From positions 1 through 64,000 of the forward strand of contig CAJNYD010000062.1 in NCBI GenBank assembly GCA_905331295.1: a stretch of 64,000 nucleotides of DNA, given 5' to 3'. Positions within the stretch are counted from its first letter, which is position 1; every line of letters begins with the position of its first letter. Origin of the DNA: Rotaria socialis. Its lineage: Eukaryota. Positions 42,265-54,500 of the stretch are shown here, in pieces. The notes under the pieces were generated by a model. It searched no databases. It had not been told where the DNA came from and saw nothing but the letters and a program-made list of their open reading frames with translations. The position numbers and the translations under genes were made by a program.

Positions 42265-45200
42265 TTATGCTTCGGTATCTTCATGACCACTTTCATGTCC
42301 TTTAAGACGAATACGTGCGAATTCTTCAAAGATGAAATCATCGTCATGACCCGGAATATCAGAACTTAAAAAACAAAACTTTCAATTATTTTTTTCAATC
42401 AAATTAATCAAGACAAACTTTGTATCAAGTTGAATTAGGTTATGATCAACAGGTACATCTATTAGAGGTTGATCATCAGTATTTAGTTGATTTGATATAA
42501 ATTCAAGTTGACGAGATGGTGAAGGAGTAGGAGGAGGCTTTGGATGAGTTAATGTAAATGGTAATTCCACTGCCAAGTCTCTTTAATTAAAAATCAAGAT
42601 GTAAACGTAGATTTTAGTTTTGAAATTTAGACAATTTCAAACTTACGCGCCCATTGCAACAATTATTTTAACTTTAACTTTGTATTGCACGATAATCCCA
42701 AGATTTTCTTTTTGTGTTGTACTTCGGATTCTATTTCGAATAGATTTTGATTTGTTTAATCGTTTAAAATTCAAGAAAAAAAAGAACATACATAGTCGAT
42801 GATGCTAAATTTGTATCTTCATGCTTTAATTTTCCATCAAGTGCTAAACCTCTTTTATCTTTGTTATTCGCCAATAATGGTATTAGTGAATAAACTTTTG
42901 TTAGATTTGAACATGGAGTTATTGGAAATCCTTCACTAAAAGAAGTAGTCTTTTAAATTTAAAATATTCAGATGAAGAAAAGAAAAGAGTAAGAAAAAGC
43001 TAAAGCATAATTCAGTAAATAGCATACTCAGTTTCTAATTCGGCGATAGTGCATTTGTAATGAGCATTTGTAAACATACAAATTTCAGCATATTGCTTAA
43101 CTAGAAGATATATTTAAAGCATACAACATGAAATAACAACAACGATTAAAAACAATGATTAAATACAACTATAATCAATATCGACTTGATAAAAAAAAGC
43201 CAAAACCTACCTTGATTCAATAGCAGCTACATCACACTTATACTGTGTTGACGAGTACAAGCAAATTTCAGCATATTGAACAACTATATTGATAATTAGG
43301 GACCACGATATTTTAGTGGTTTTTTTTTCATAATCAGAAGTTTTTTTCTCTTTTTTTTTTCATGTGAAAAATTTTCTCATTTACTTACCAGAGATACGAA
43401 TTTTTCTTAATGTTTTGTTAGAATTATTTGTAACAACAACGTTAACATTGATGCTTTCACCATGATAATACATCTAAATTTACAAGTAACATAAACTATT
43501 ATTTTCAAGAAAGAATCAAAAATCTAAATCTAAGAACCTCTTTATCAAGTGTGCATTCAAGATGTAATGGCGCAGGTGACATCATAAAATCTTTATGTGC
43601 CTCAATAACAGGTTGTGGTGCAGGAGTTTCTGGTGCGTATGTTAATTTTCTTATTGCTAATCTAACAGAACTTCGTTTATGTGATTTATCTTCACTTGTT
43701 TCGGCTACATAAGTTTTTAATTCATAATCAACTCCACAAGGTTTTCCAGTGTCACCAGCAGCTGGCTGTAATGTTACTGAAGCTGGAGCATTTTGGGGAA
43801 TCTAAGAAAAACATATTTCGAAATCAAACAACTTTTTATTTGAAAAAATTAATTTACTTCAAAATAAAATGGATACGCATTAGGTCCTAATTTACGTAGT
43901 AGACGTTGTTGTAAATGTGTCAATGGCTTTTTTTGATCATCAATGGGAGGATAAATTTGTTGTGTTGAACAAAACAAATCTTTGCGAAATGTTAAACCAA
44001 GTACATCGAGATCTTCTCGACCATATCGAAAAGCTATTTCATAGAAAGTGGTTTTTCCTTCGTAATTAACAATGATAATATTGTAATCATACCTGCTAAG
44101 ACAGAAGCATAAACTTTACGATTTTTCACATACTCTGGATCGACTAGAACTACTCCATCTAAAAGAATTTTATCAGATGTTTAATTTAATTTTACCTTAG
44201 AAAATAGCTTCAACATACCTATTGGGTCTATATGATCCATGTAGTCGACAAAATCTCGTCGTCCAAGGTAGCATGTTATCTAAAAAAAAATAAATTTCGA
44301 TTATGCAGACAAAAAGTTTTATCAAAATAAAATCATACCTTTGAATTAGGGCTACTTTTTTTGAACACTCTGAAAAAAAAATATATATATATATATTTAT
44401 ATTAGATACTATTGTTTTAAAATTTCCATTTTCTGAACGAAATCAACAAAATAAAAATATCTTGCAATAAAGAATAAAACAAAAAGAATTAGTAGAATGT
44501 CTTATTCTCTCTATCTATTCATCTAAACACATCAATTGACAAAGCATCGGCGACAGCATTACTAGTACGAGCAGTTCTATGCCACATACATGATGCCAAT
44601 TATAGGAGATATTCTACGCATTTTTCGGTTGAAAACAACATGATGTTATTGCTCCGGCTATAAAACTACATAGAAAAACTGTTTCTTTCCTATTCTTTAT
44701 AACTCTGCAGAAAATGAAAGATTTGCTTCAAAAATTTGCTTCGACTTTTCTATGGAAATCATTTTGTATTATAGAAAACTGAAATATTTGTTCCTTAGTA
44801 TTGTTCAATTTTTAATAGGATAATTTTAGATTTTTAATGAAAATCATATTATAAGAGAAAAAAACAAATTGATCTTATTACTTAACTTGTCATCATCAGC
44901 TTCCATTAGTCTGTTAGATAAGATTAGCAAAAGATAAAAAGACAAGATTTTTTTCTTATACTTACGGTTTCATCAAGTATTAGATAGGAAAATAAACATT
45001 GTTTAAAATAATTCAATGAGACATGACCCAATGGACCTAACGACTAATAATAATAATAATAATAATATGTGTACTTTCAACTTCTTTTGCCTTGTTGTAA
45101 ATGTAGTCACTAGGATAATGCATCGATGCCCGCTTTATCACTGCTTCTCATATCAACTTGACGCCATTCTTATTCTTTTTTCTCTTTATGAGTTCGTCGA

Positions 45201-45668
45201 ACGCTCTCTTTTTGCTTTTCTTCCATATTTTTCTTTCAAGCCTTAATGTTAGAAGCGAAACGGAACAGAATAGCTTTTAGAGTAAAAACAGTGATAGTAG
45301 CGAAAAGAACGTTTCTGAGAAGGAAAAGGAAAGATGATGGTGCTACCAATACTATCATTTTAGTAATTAAAAAGCCTCGAAGAAAGAAGAAAAACAACTT
45401 CTGTATTTAATCTAATGGATCATTTTACAAAATCATTATTTTTTTTCTATGAGCTATAGAAAAAATCATTTTGTTGCTGAAACATTATTTTTTAATAGTT
45501 TTCATGAAGTTATAGAAATTTTAGAAGATTGTATGATTAACTTTTTAAAATATTCGTAAAAAGCAGAATAAACAAGTTTAATCTTTAATTTTACCTTGTT
45601 CCTTGTTTTCTCGAATCATCCAAACTTAAATCAACAGCACCAATGCCATTTGGTTTTTGTTGTGCCAT
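42265..45668 (-). CDS. ARRB: Beta-arrestin (kurtz-like), multi-exon with alternative exons
   Basis: [87 protein letters not shown], clathrin box LIQLD, AP2 motif [16 protein letters not shown]. Confidence 0.95.
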
Positions 45669-46176
45669 AATCAATAAAAATATTTTTCATCGATAATACA
45701 CCATTGGGCTTTATGCATATACAATCTAAATTGCGAATAGTTTTTCTTTCTCTCTTAAATCAATATAAAAAAGCACATCAAATAAGAATATGTTAATTTT
45801 TATTTTCAATAGCGGAAAAGGAAAGATTTTCTTTTATTAATTCAAAATTTTGTTTATTGAATTTGTGAATAGAAATGTCTCTATGAATTCATAAAAAAAA
45901 GAAAAAAGACAGACTTCTATGTAGCACAAAGGAAATCAGGAATGACATTTTGCTTTTACCTCATTTGTTTATTTATCGCCATCAACGACAAACATCAACT
46001 CTCAATTTACAACTTATTGGTTTTAATCACCGATAACTACTGACATCTATAAACGAATAGCAAACAAAAGAGTTCGTCTAACGTCAGTGAGATTAGATCG
46101 TACGAAACTCTTTGCCTGAATGAATTCTCGAAATCAGATTCATTAAATCGATGAAATCGTGAAAATACTGTATTAC

Positions 46177-46237
46177 TAGGGGTGGCACTTTAACTTTACT
46201 TTAAAAACTAAAGTTTAAAGTTAAAGTGCCACCCCTA
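46177..46237. mobile_element. 61-bp minimal hAT MITE
   Basis: TIR taggggtggcactttaacttta / taaagttaaagtgccaccccta. Perfect 8-bp TSD tgtattac. Confidence 0.92.
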
Positions 46238-47005
46238 TGTATTACCATAATAGTCCTTAGAGTCGTGTTACGAAATGACCGAAAATGACGAGATAATAAA
46301 GTTGATTCTGCCATTTATTGCTACACACTTCGAAGGGAACACATAGTCATAAAGTAAATTTTTTTGCAGCCACTTTCTAGATCTCTCGATGAAGAAACAA
46401 ATTAAAGGATTTATTTCATTTCAAGGATCTTTTTTTTTCTTGAAGAGACACATTCTGTATAAGCTAATTCTAACAAATCGATTTATTGTTCTCTTTTGTG
46501 TCGGATTACGTGACATAGTAAAGAAATTTTAGAAAAACTTCTCTTTGTTAAGGAGTGAGTACTCTGAAAACAAAGTTCCAAGTATCTTTTATAGAATAAA
46601 AAAGAATACTAATTGACAATTTTAGTCGAGTGATAGCGACCCAAGAATAACCCTCAAGATGAGTAGTAACGATCGAGAGAAATCACTATAGCTACAAACA
46701 ATAAAGCGATACGAAGCTGAAACTTTTCGTGCGTTTTTCTGAAGATTCATATTATGTAGCTACCAAGGGTGTGTCCATCGTCAAATGAATCATGCTTATT
46801 ATATAGTTGCTTTAACCATAAACGAATTAGCCTGATCCCTGCAAATAGTTATGTATTGGGTAAACTGGTATGCTATATAACAGTTCCTTGAATACATGGA
46901 ATAAACAAGGATGCATCGTTAACAAAAAAACAAGTAGCCAAGGAACTAATTAAATGAGAAAAATTAAATTAATAACAGTGAACAATTACTTTGAGTTCAT
47001 GAATC

Positions 47006-47322
47006 CCCAGGAGAAGCAGGGTACGTCGGAATCGGTCGGAACCGATCGGTTCCGTTGAATTCCGACGATTTCCTAACTAACGGATTCCAGTCCAGATTTC
47101 GCTGGACCATTTCCGATCAATTTCCATCGGTTCCGTCTATTTCCGACGAATTCCGGGTCGAAATTGTGCGGAACTTAACGGAATTTTTCCGGCGGAAACC
47201 GGACCGGAATCCGTTAGTTAGGAAATCGCCGGAATTCAACGGAGCCGACCGAAAAGCAACGGAATCCATAGGATCCGATGTCGGAAACGAACGGATCCAC
47301 TGGTCGGATTGAATCTCCTGGG
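47006..47322. mobile_element. CCCAGG...CCTGGG MITE
   Basis: TIR cccaggaga / tctcctggg. 2-bp flank tc on both sides. Internal palindrome ccgttgaattccgacgatttcctaactaacggattcc / ggaatccgttagttaggaaatcgccggaattcaacgg. Confidence 0.85.
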
Positions 47323-47779
47323 TCATCGAAAACCCAATGTTTTTATTTTGTCGTCAAGTTCGACTGTGATGTTGCATGCCTGGTTTGTTATTAAACAAAA
47401 ACAGCTTCTTCAAATTGTTTATGCCAAATAAAATCTCGATCGAGATAGATGTGAAAGACTAAATGATTGGAATATATGAACGATATTTGTTTCGATCTGA
47501 TTGTTAATGTGAGAGTATTGTTTTGATCTTTCTTTTTTATTCTTAGAGAAATCATAAATATAAACGCTATGATTGTTGAATTTACAGAGAATTGAAACAT
47601 TTGCAATATGCTAAATGATTATTAGGACGAGGGGACGAAGCATTGCCTTTCATATCGCTGTGAAGCTACCACAGCACGATCGTGCTAGCAATTTCATTGG
47701 TCCGACGGGAAAAACCAATCAAATTTGACGATAGTGGGCGCCACTCTATGGTTGTGATTAACATAGCGGTGTGAAGTCA

Positions 47780-48910
47780 CAACGAACTTGACGAGGGCTA
47801 CGAGTTGCACTCCTTGTTCTCTCCCGGAAAACGAAGAATAGGAGGAAAATTTCCTCAAACTGCAAAATCTTCGTGTTTCCAGAGGTAAAACGCAACCTAG
47901 CTCTCTCCGTTCATTTTCCGGGGGCTAAATTGTGCATCAATCGATGAAGCTTAACAAGGGCTATCCACAGCATTGCTTGTTCTCTCCCGGAAAACCCGGA
48001 ATGGCACCGAAAATGCCCAAAAACTGCGAAATCTTTTTATTTCTAGCAGTGAAGCTACACCAGACCGTCTCCGTTCGTTTTCTGGTTGCCGACTTGCGAT
48101 TCGATCGATGCAGCTTGACAAGGACTACCCATTGCACTCCCTGTTCTCTCCCGGAAAACGAAGGGCGAGCGAGAAAGTGCCGTGATACTGCAAAATCTTC
48201 TGGTTTCAACAGGTATAGTCTATCTCGACATTTCCCCGTTCGTTTTCCAGGGGCTGATTTACGCACCATTCGATGCAGCTCAACGTGGGCTATACACTGC
48301 ACTTCTTTTGGTCTCCCGGAAAATGAAGGATAGGAAAGGAAATGCCACAAAATTACAAAATGTTGCATTTTACAGAAGGTTAACAACCCTTGACATTGTC
48401 CCATCATTTTTCGGGAGAAAACAAGATGCGCAGTGTACAGCCCTCATTGAGCTGCATCGAATAATGTATAATTCAACACCCGGAAAACGATGGGACATTG
48501 TCTAGGAGAGTCTCATCTTTGGAAACCACAAGATTTTGCAGTTTTGGGTCATTTTCTCGACCATCCTTCGTTTTCCAGGAGAGAACAAGAAGTGCAACGG
48601 ATAGTCCGTTTTAAGAGCTATCGAACGATATATACTTCAGCCGCCGGAAAACGAAGGGAGAACGCAAGCGGGGGTTATACTTATGGGAGCCACTAGATCC
48701 AGCAGGTTTTGCACATTTTCTCGCCCATCGTTCGTTTTGCGGGAGAGACCTAGCAGTGTAGTGAATAGCCCTGGTCAAGCTGCATCGATTGGTGTGATAT
48801 TCAGCCCCCGGAAAACGAAGGGAGATCGCAAGTGGAGCTAATACCGCTTGCCTTAGCAAGATTTGGAGGTATTGGGGCGTTTTCGCCCTCATCGTTCGTT
48901 TCGCAGTGGT
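47780..48910. repeat. Fold-back array of ~164-bp units (4 forward + 3-4 inverted)
   Basis: ttctctcccggaaaac-like at 47817, 47980, 48144, 48308. Reverse-complement copies at ~48406, 48570, 48734, (48898). Confidence 0.85.
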
Positions 48911-49749
48911 GAAAAAGGGGTTTTCTGGGTGGTTTGTTCTATCTGGGCACTTGCTAGGGGAATTGGTTCGCTCGCTGTGCAGGAACATTTTTTTTTACTG
49001 TTTTTTAACTGTGTTGTAGAATTGGATCGATGATGATAAATTATGGAGAGGGAATGGTTAATCATGGAGGTTGAATGATTGTTTGTTTTTAGCTGCGTTT
49101 CTATTAGTCGTCGTGGTGACTTTATATCAATGCTTTTCATTTCACGAGTAAAAACAAAGATTCGGAAGTGTGACAGAATGATTGTTCTCCTTTACGATTT
49201 AATCTGGTTATAGATCGAAGGTGTGTGTGTGAATGAGCTATTTTCTGACATCCACACCATTAACAAATTGTAAAAACACTTCATGATGTTTAGGTGACAT
49301 TCTTTGAATATCTTAGAGTTATATCTGCTATTTTAATAATATTTTAATATTGTTTTGATAAAAATTGTCGAAGTGTGTAGCATTTGCCAGTAGAACATGG
49401 CACTTACGTGCAGTGGCATAATCGGAAATTTAAGGGCAGTGGAGATTCATGTCCATAAACTCTCGCACAACATCAAATTCAATAACTATATTTTTACGCT
49501 GAATAGTTAGTTTTTTATGATATCTGCCAGTCAATTCAAACACATGAACAGAATATAATAAAGAGGAAATAATAATAATTGTTTTTTTTAATGTAATTCG
49601 TATTTGTATTTAGAAGTCAATATCTTCAAATATTTGAGGATACTAGTGACCTCTAGTGAGATATATTTATATTTGTAAATCAATTTCAACTAATCCAAGT
49701 ATTTTACCAGTTTTGCACTATACTTGAAAAAGCAGAATGTACATGCGGC

Positions 49750-50510
49750 CAGTGTTTTTTAATATTAAGTACCACAAGCAAAAGCAAAGTACCCGTGGTA
49801 CTTACGATTTTGAAAAAGTGCCGTGTTTTGCACTTTGCTCGGAAAAACAAAATACCCTGATGGTACTCTGTAAAATAAAACAAATACTTTGTTTATTTGT
49901 TAGCCAATGGCTAGCAAGAAGAAGAAAAACAATAGTAAATTGTACTTTATTTGTTTTTTTTTTGTATACACAATACTAAAGGTTAATTCAGAAAATGTTT
50001 ATTTAAGCTAGTCAGATGAATATGTGTATATTACAAGGGGGAAACGGCGGACTTTTGGACTTGAAGTTACTTTGAGCTACTTTAAGCTACTTCAAGTTAC
50101 TTTTGAGCTACCTGAAGTAGCTTACTTTGAAGCACTTTTCCACTTTAAATTTACTGAAGTTACTTCAAGCTACTTCTTCCTACTTTGGGCTACTTGGTGG
50201 TACTTTGAGCTACTTCAAATAGTATACTCTGACGTACTTTGCTGTACTTTTCTACTTCAAGTCCGCCGTTTCCCCCTTGGTATATTATCTTTTATCTACA
50301 AGTCTTTTGTATATTGTTTTTTTTTGTACAGAAACATTTTATTAATTAAAAATGGTCAATAGCATTTATTTTTTTCTTTGTTTTTCTTAAGTTTCTTCCT
50401 GTAGGCACTTTTGGCACTTTATTGTTCATCACAAAGTACCACCTAACACTTTGCCAATAGGAGCAAAGTACCTAAATGTACTGTGTTTTAGATTTCTGTT
50501 AAAAACGCTG
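49750..50510. mobile_element. hAT-type MITE with aaagtac/cacttt arrays
   Basis: TIR cagtgttttt / aaaaacgctg. Perfect 8-bp TSD catgcggc. Confidence 0.88.
50034..50279. mobile_element. hAT-type MITE nested in 49750-50510
   Basis: TIR caagggggaaacggcggactt / aagtccgccgtttcccccttg. Perfect TSD gtatatta. gctactt arrays. Termini resemble those of 4285-4386. Confidence 0.92.
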
Positions 50511-50614
50511 CATGCGGCTGCGGCACTCTGTTATAATATTTTTTCACTTTGTTTGATATTTTAATTTAATTTATATTGATCCCTTTATCTTTCAATCAAT
50601 TTTTGTTTCAGATA

Positions 50615-51572
50615 ATGACGACTATAAACAATAGATATATTCAAATACAACACGGAGTGGAAAATGAAATTCTACGAATTCCTATAAGGGAAAATAATCA
50701 AGTCTACTTATCGATCATCAATCAAATCGTGCCCAATGCCACCCATGTAATAAAAACCGCATGAAAATCGGCGGTTTTACCGGTCCGGTTACTGGCTCCC
50801 ATTACCGCAGAACGGATAAATACCGCGGTTTACCGCAAAAAATGATCCGGTATTCGCAACATGGGCCAGTTTATTAAAATACAAAAAAGATAACGTATGG
50901 TACACGTAAGTTAACCTTCCTATTTGCTATTATATGCAATTTGTTTTCATTTTGCCTTATCGTTCTAGCGTGGACTTCATCAATGGGTACCTGTGTCCCG
51001 CTGAGGGCGATGTTTGGCATGCCGATCTAATATACGTGCCAATATTTCCAGATTGTAAGCAACGTTTTTAATAGGAATCTGACATAGAATGTATGAATAC
51101 ACTGCGTTTTTCCGAGCATGATGCATAGCAGTGTACACTTTTATAGTCATCAAAAACTTTCGATTCTCTTCAGTAACAATAGGAATTTTTGCTAGATGTT
51201 ACGCTAATTCTATGAAACTGCTTGTCAAATTTCTCCAATCTCTTATCCTTCGTGCAGCCATATACTCGATAGTGCTTCAATGATGAATAAGCACGATCTT
51301 AACAGTTTGTACTTCAATTGTGCTTCAAAAAATGTCTGAAATATAGTGAAACACGAGTAAAGTTGTACTTATGTTTCTTGTAATTCTTGAAGAATATTGT
51401 GAGAGTTCAAGAAGCCGATTTTTGAGGTTTCTTATTCGTTGTTATTATCTTGAAAGCACTTACCTATATAATCTTCATGATCTACCTTTTTCATATGCAT
51501 CTTTAGCTTCGGTTTCGTCTCAACAATCGGCTACTTCGTCTCAACGATCAAAAATGTTTACTATGGACAAGG
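50615..51572 (+). pseudogene. TDP-43 N-terminal-domain-like gene interrupted by a MITE
   Basis: With the MITE removed and intron 50906-50968 spliced: MTTINNRYIQIQHGVENEILRIPIRENNQVYLSIINQIVPNASLLKYKKDNVWYTVDFINGYLCPAEGDVWHADLIYVPIFPD. Further candidate exon at ~51507-51572. Confidence 0.65.
50742..50865. mobile_element. CCCATG...CATGGG MITE inside coding exon
   Basis: TIR cccatgt / acatggg. 3-bp duplication cca on both sides. accgc/gcggt motif repeats. Confidence 0.8.
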
Positions 51573-54500
51573 GTAGGTGTTACTTTATTTTGTACTGCAT
51601 ACATATTTGTTATGAATTGATTGTTTTCTATCATGTTAACAAAAAATATTTCTAAAAAGTTATGTCACTTTCTGATTATGTCGTTATCAGATTTCACCAA
51701 CTTTAATCATTAATGCATAGAAAAACGAATTGCTCCACTCTATTATACCATTTAAGACATTGATGAAATTCAATTCAAACATTGTTTCGATATTAATTTT
51801 TTTTAAATAATTTAACGAACAAGAATAAAAAGGAATTATGTTGATAGTTTTTTAATATCAACTAAAACAATTAATTTTAATTTTATTCTTTACATTGTTC
51901 GGAACATAGTTTATAAATATCGCATACGTATAATATCAATGTCAGATTTAGTTTTCAATATGAACTTGATATAAAATAAAACCAGACTTTATGTTTTTAC
52001 ACTGTAATGTTGATATGTGTCTATTGTATAAAGCAAATGGTTATATCTCATGCAGAAATCGATTTTAGACCGAAAAAACTATTGTTTTATCGATAATTCG
52101 ATGGTCTAAAATCTTGACAGTTAATAAAATAGATTTTGCAAGAAACAATTTCTTCTTTCCAAGAACAGGATTCCGGAAAACTTGACTATATAAACCTAAG
52201 AAGATTTTCTATACTCACATCCGGTATTAGTATAGTCAACAATCCATAGCCCAGTAGGTGTCGATAAAAAACAACGACTTAACAGTTAAAACCGTTCCCT
52301 CATTAGTAAATACCTTTTATGTGTTGCATATACACTGTGAACCGCCAGAAATACGTCTTAATTTTATTATAAGTGAACTTATCAGATTCTTAGGGTTTAT
52401 TTCGAGGTAGAACACACGTTATCTAACTATTTTGTTTCAGTACATTGATTTGTAATAACATCCAGAGTTGATGTTAAGAAACAAAACACTAACATACTTA
52501 ATGAGATGAAATAAGAAGAACTCTTTTAGCACTCATCTGATATAGACGAGAACAAAACTGAAAATTAAAGAAAATTCTCTTTGAGGTCAATCATACTGGA
52601 AGTTTACTCCTATTACCTGAAGTAGTTCTTTCTAAAATGTATATGAGAGACATACGAAAATGTAGATTTCTTCTCATTGACTAAATAGTTGAAGACACAC
52701 AGGTTACAATGATGTCTAACCTAAAGAAATCCGCATGGATTATGCTCATCAATGTTGAATAGAGCTTTGAAAAACCTACCGACTGATGTAGTACAACAGC
52801 TGAAAAGGCAATGTTCGAACATGAAGCGTTGGATGCTGCCCGATTGAGCTGTGTTGATAGTCTATATCTTATAGATGCAGGTTATAAGAATTCATGTGTT
52901 TATTTTTGTATAAGCACGTAATGCTCCTTCGTTTTCCCGCTATCTCTCGTCATATTTGCCGTTATTGTTATTTTGTGTGATAATTCTTTTTCCAGCTCTT
53001 CTTTTTTGATAAGTATATTCATATCCTGTTGTGTATAATTGATAGGAGTTTTTCCTGTTTTCTAGAAGAACTTCAACATCTATTGGATTTTTTTTTCATA
53101 TAGATATAGTTTGTGATTTACTAAAAAAAGATCATAGTCTGTTGAAGCAGGTGTAAAAGAACTTATTGGAAAATATCCATTATACGTCATGATAGTGTCT
53201 AACTATGAATTTAACACATTTTCTTTATTTACGACAACGATTATACTGTCATTAGATATAGCACTTTCGAATAGTATGATTTACGCCTCGGTGATGTGTG
53301 TAATGAACTGTAATATTATCTGTTGCACATGAACATGACTGCTAGTAATAAGTTCATGACAAATACTTCCGTAGTTTTACCGCGCACTCTTATCTTCATA
53401 TCATATTACTTCTAGAGCAACAGATGATTTTCCACTAAACTGTCTTTTAAGAAAAACTTTTAATCTAAAATATTTCACACAGTGAAATCTAATACATTAT
53501 GTATACATATATCGTAAATAATGTGTTATTTACTTTAGATTACTCGTTTGGACAATGGTTATATCGATGGTTTACTGGAGAAACTAAAAATTATTTAAAA
53601 TTGGATTAGATTTTTTTAAATAATAAACGATACTGTACACTTAGAAGAAAGCGTTTTTCCCTTGTTGTTTTTTTATGTATCAATGATTCTGGAATAAAAT
53701 ATTATATGACTAGGATCCGGAAAAAATTGCAATTTCGTTACAATGACAATGGCTTTTCAAAAACTTTGTTACACGACAACATCGATTTGCGATGACGATT
53801 TATATGATTAGAGATGGTTGAGTCGATGCAATTATTCTTTATTATGTGACGATCATAAATCGCATAGCTTTCATGCAAAATACGCATCTTTTACACAACC
53901 ACAAGAAAGATAAGAAGAAGATGAAGATGGACAGAGTGATGTAGGATATCCTAGGTCAGAATTCGAGTATTTCCTGAAAGGATTCGCTTCAAAGAAATTT
54001 CCAGAAAAGGCAAACTACTTTCCAAGTAGACCTTGACTTGCTCTTGAGGATGTGGATCAGTGTTGCCAGATGTCAAAGTCAAAAATGCGAAATTCAAATC
54101 TAAAAATGTGGAAGATCTGGCAACCCTGAATACATATCACAATTCTTTTTCTTTTTTTTTTAGTGAATCTTGCGATGATTTTTATGTCCGGGCTTATTAC
54201 AACCATACTGACCAATATGTTTGGCATGATCAAAGTTTTTTGACCTGACTCGAATTCATGGCAAGCTTGGTTATTGCGATCGATTGAGCGTAACGTTTGT
54301 ATTAGCCAGCTGCGTTTTTTCATTAATCTTTTATGTACAATGTAGAAATCAAAAAAAATGAAAAGATTCTTTTAAGTTGCATATTATTTTTGAACGATTC
54401 GCTAATGAAATAAAAAAATTTTGGTCGATGTCCAGCTATTCTTTATTTGACTAATTACTTTTACTCTTTGTCTACTCCATTGATCATTTATAACGGAGTG

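Noticed and set aside
44505..44590. Short minus-strand [11 protein letters not shown]... as a fourth arrestin first exon
   Set aside because: No convincing phase-2 donor, and it ends in a stop.
47932..48988. Cluster of 68-148 aa ORFs, or a CRISPR-like reading of the 164-bp array
   Set aside because: The ORFs are by-products of the repeat (164 is not a multiple of 3). Inter-motif segments are homologous rather than unique spacers, there are no cas genes, and the context is eukaryotic.
53780..54250. Coding-like acidic stretch with stops
   Set aside because: Possibly a pseudogene, but no identifiable homology by eye.
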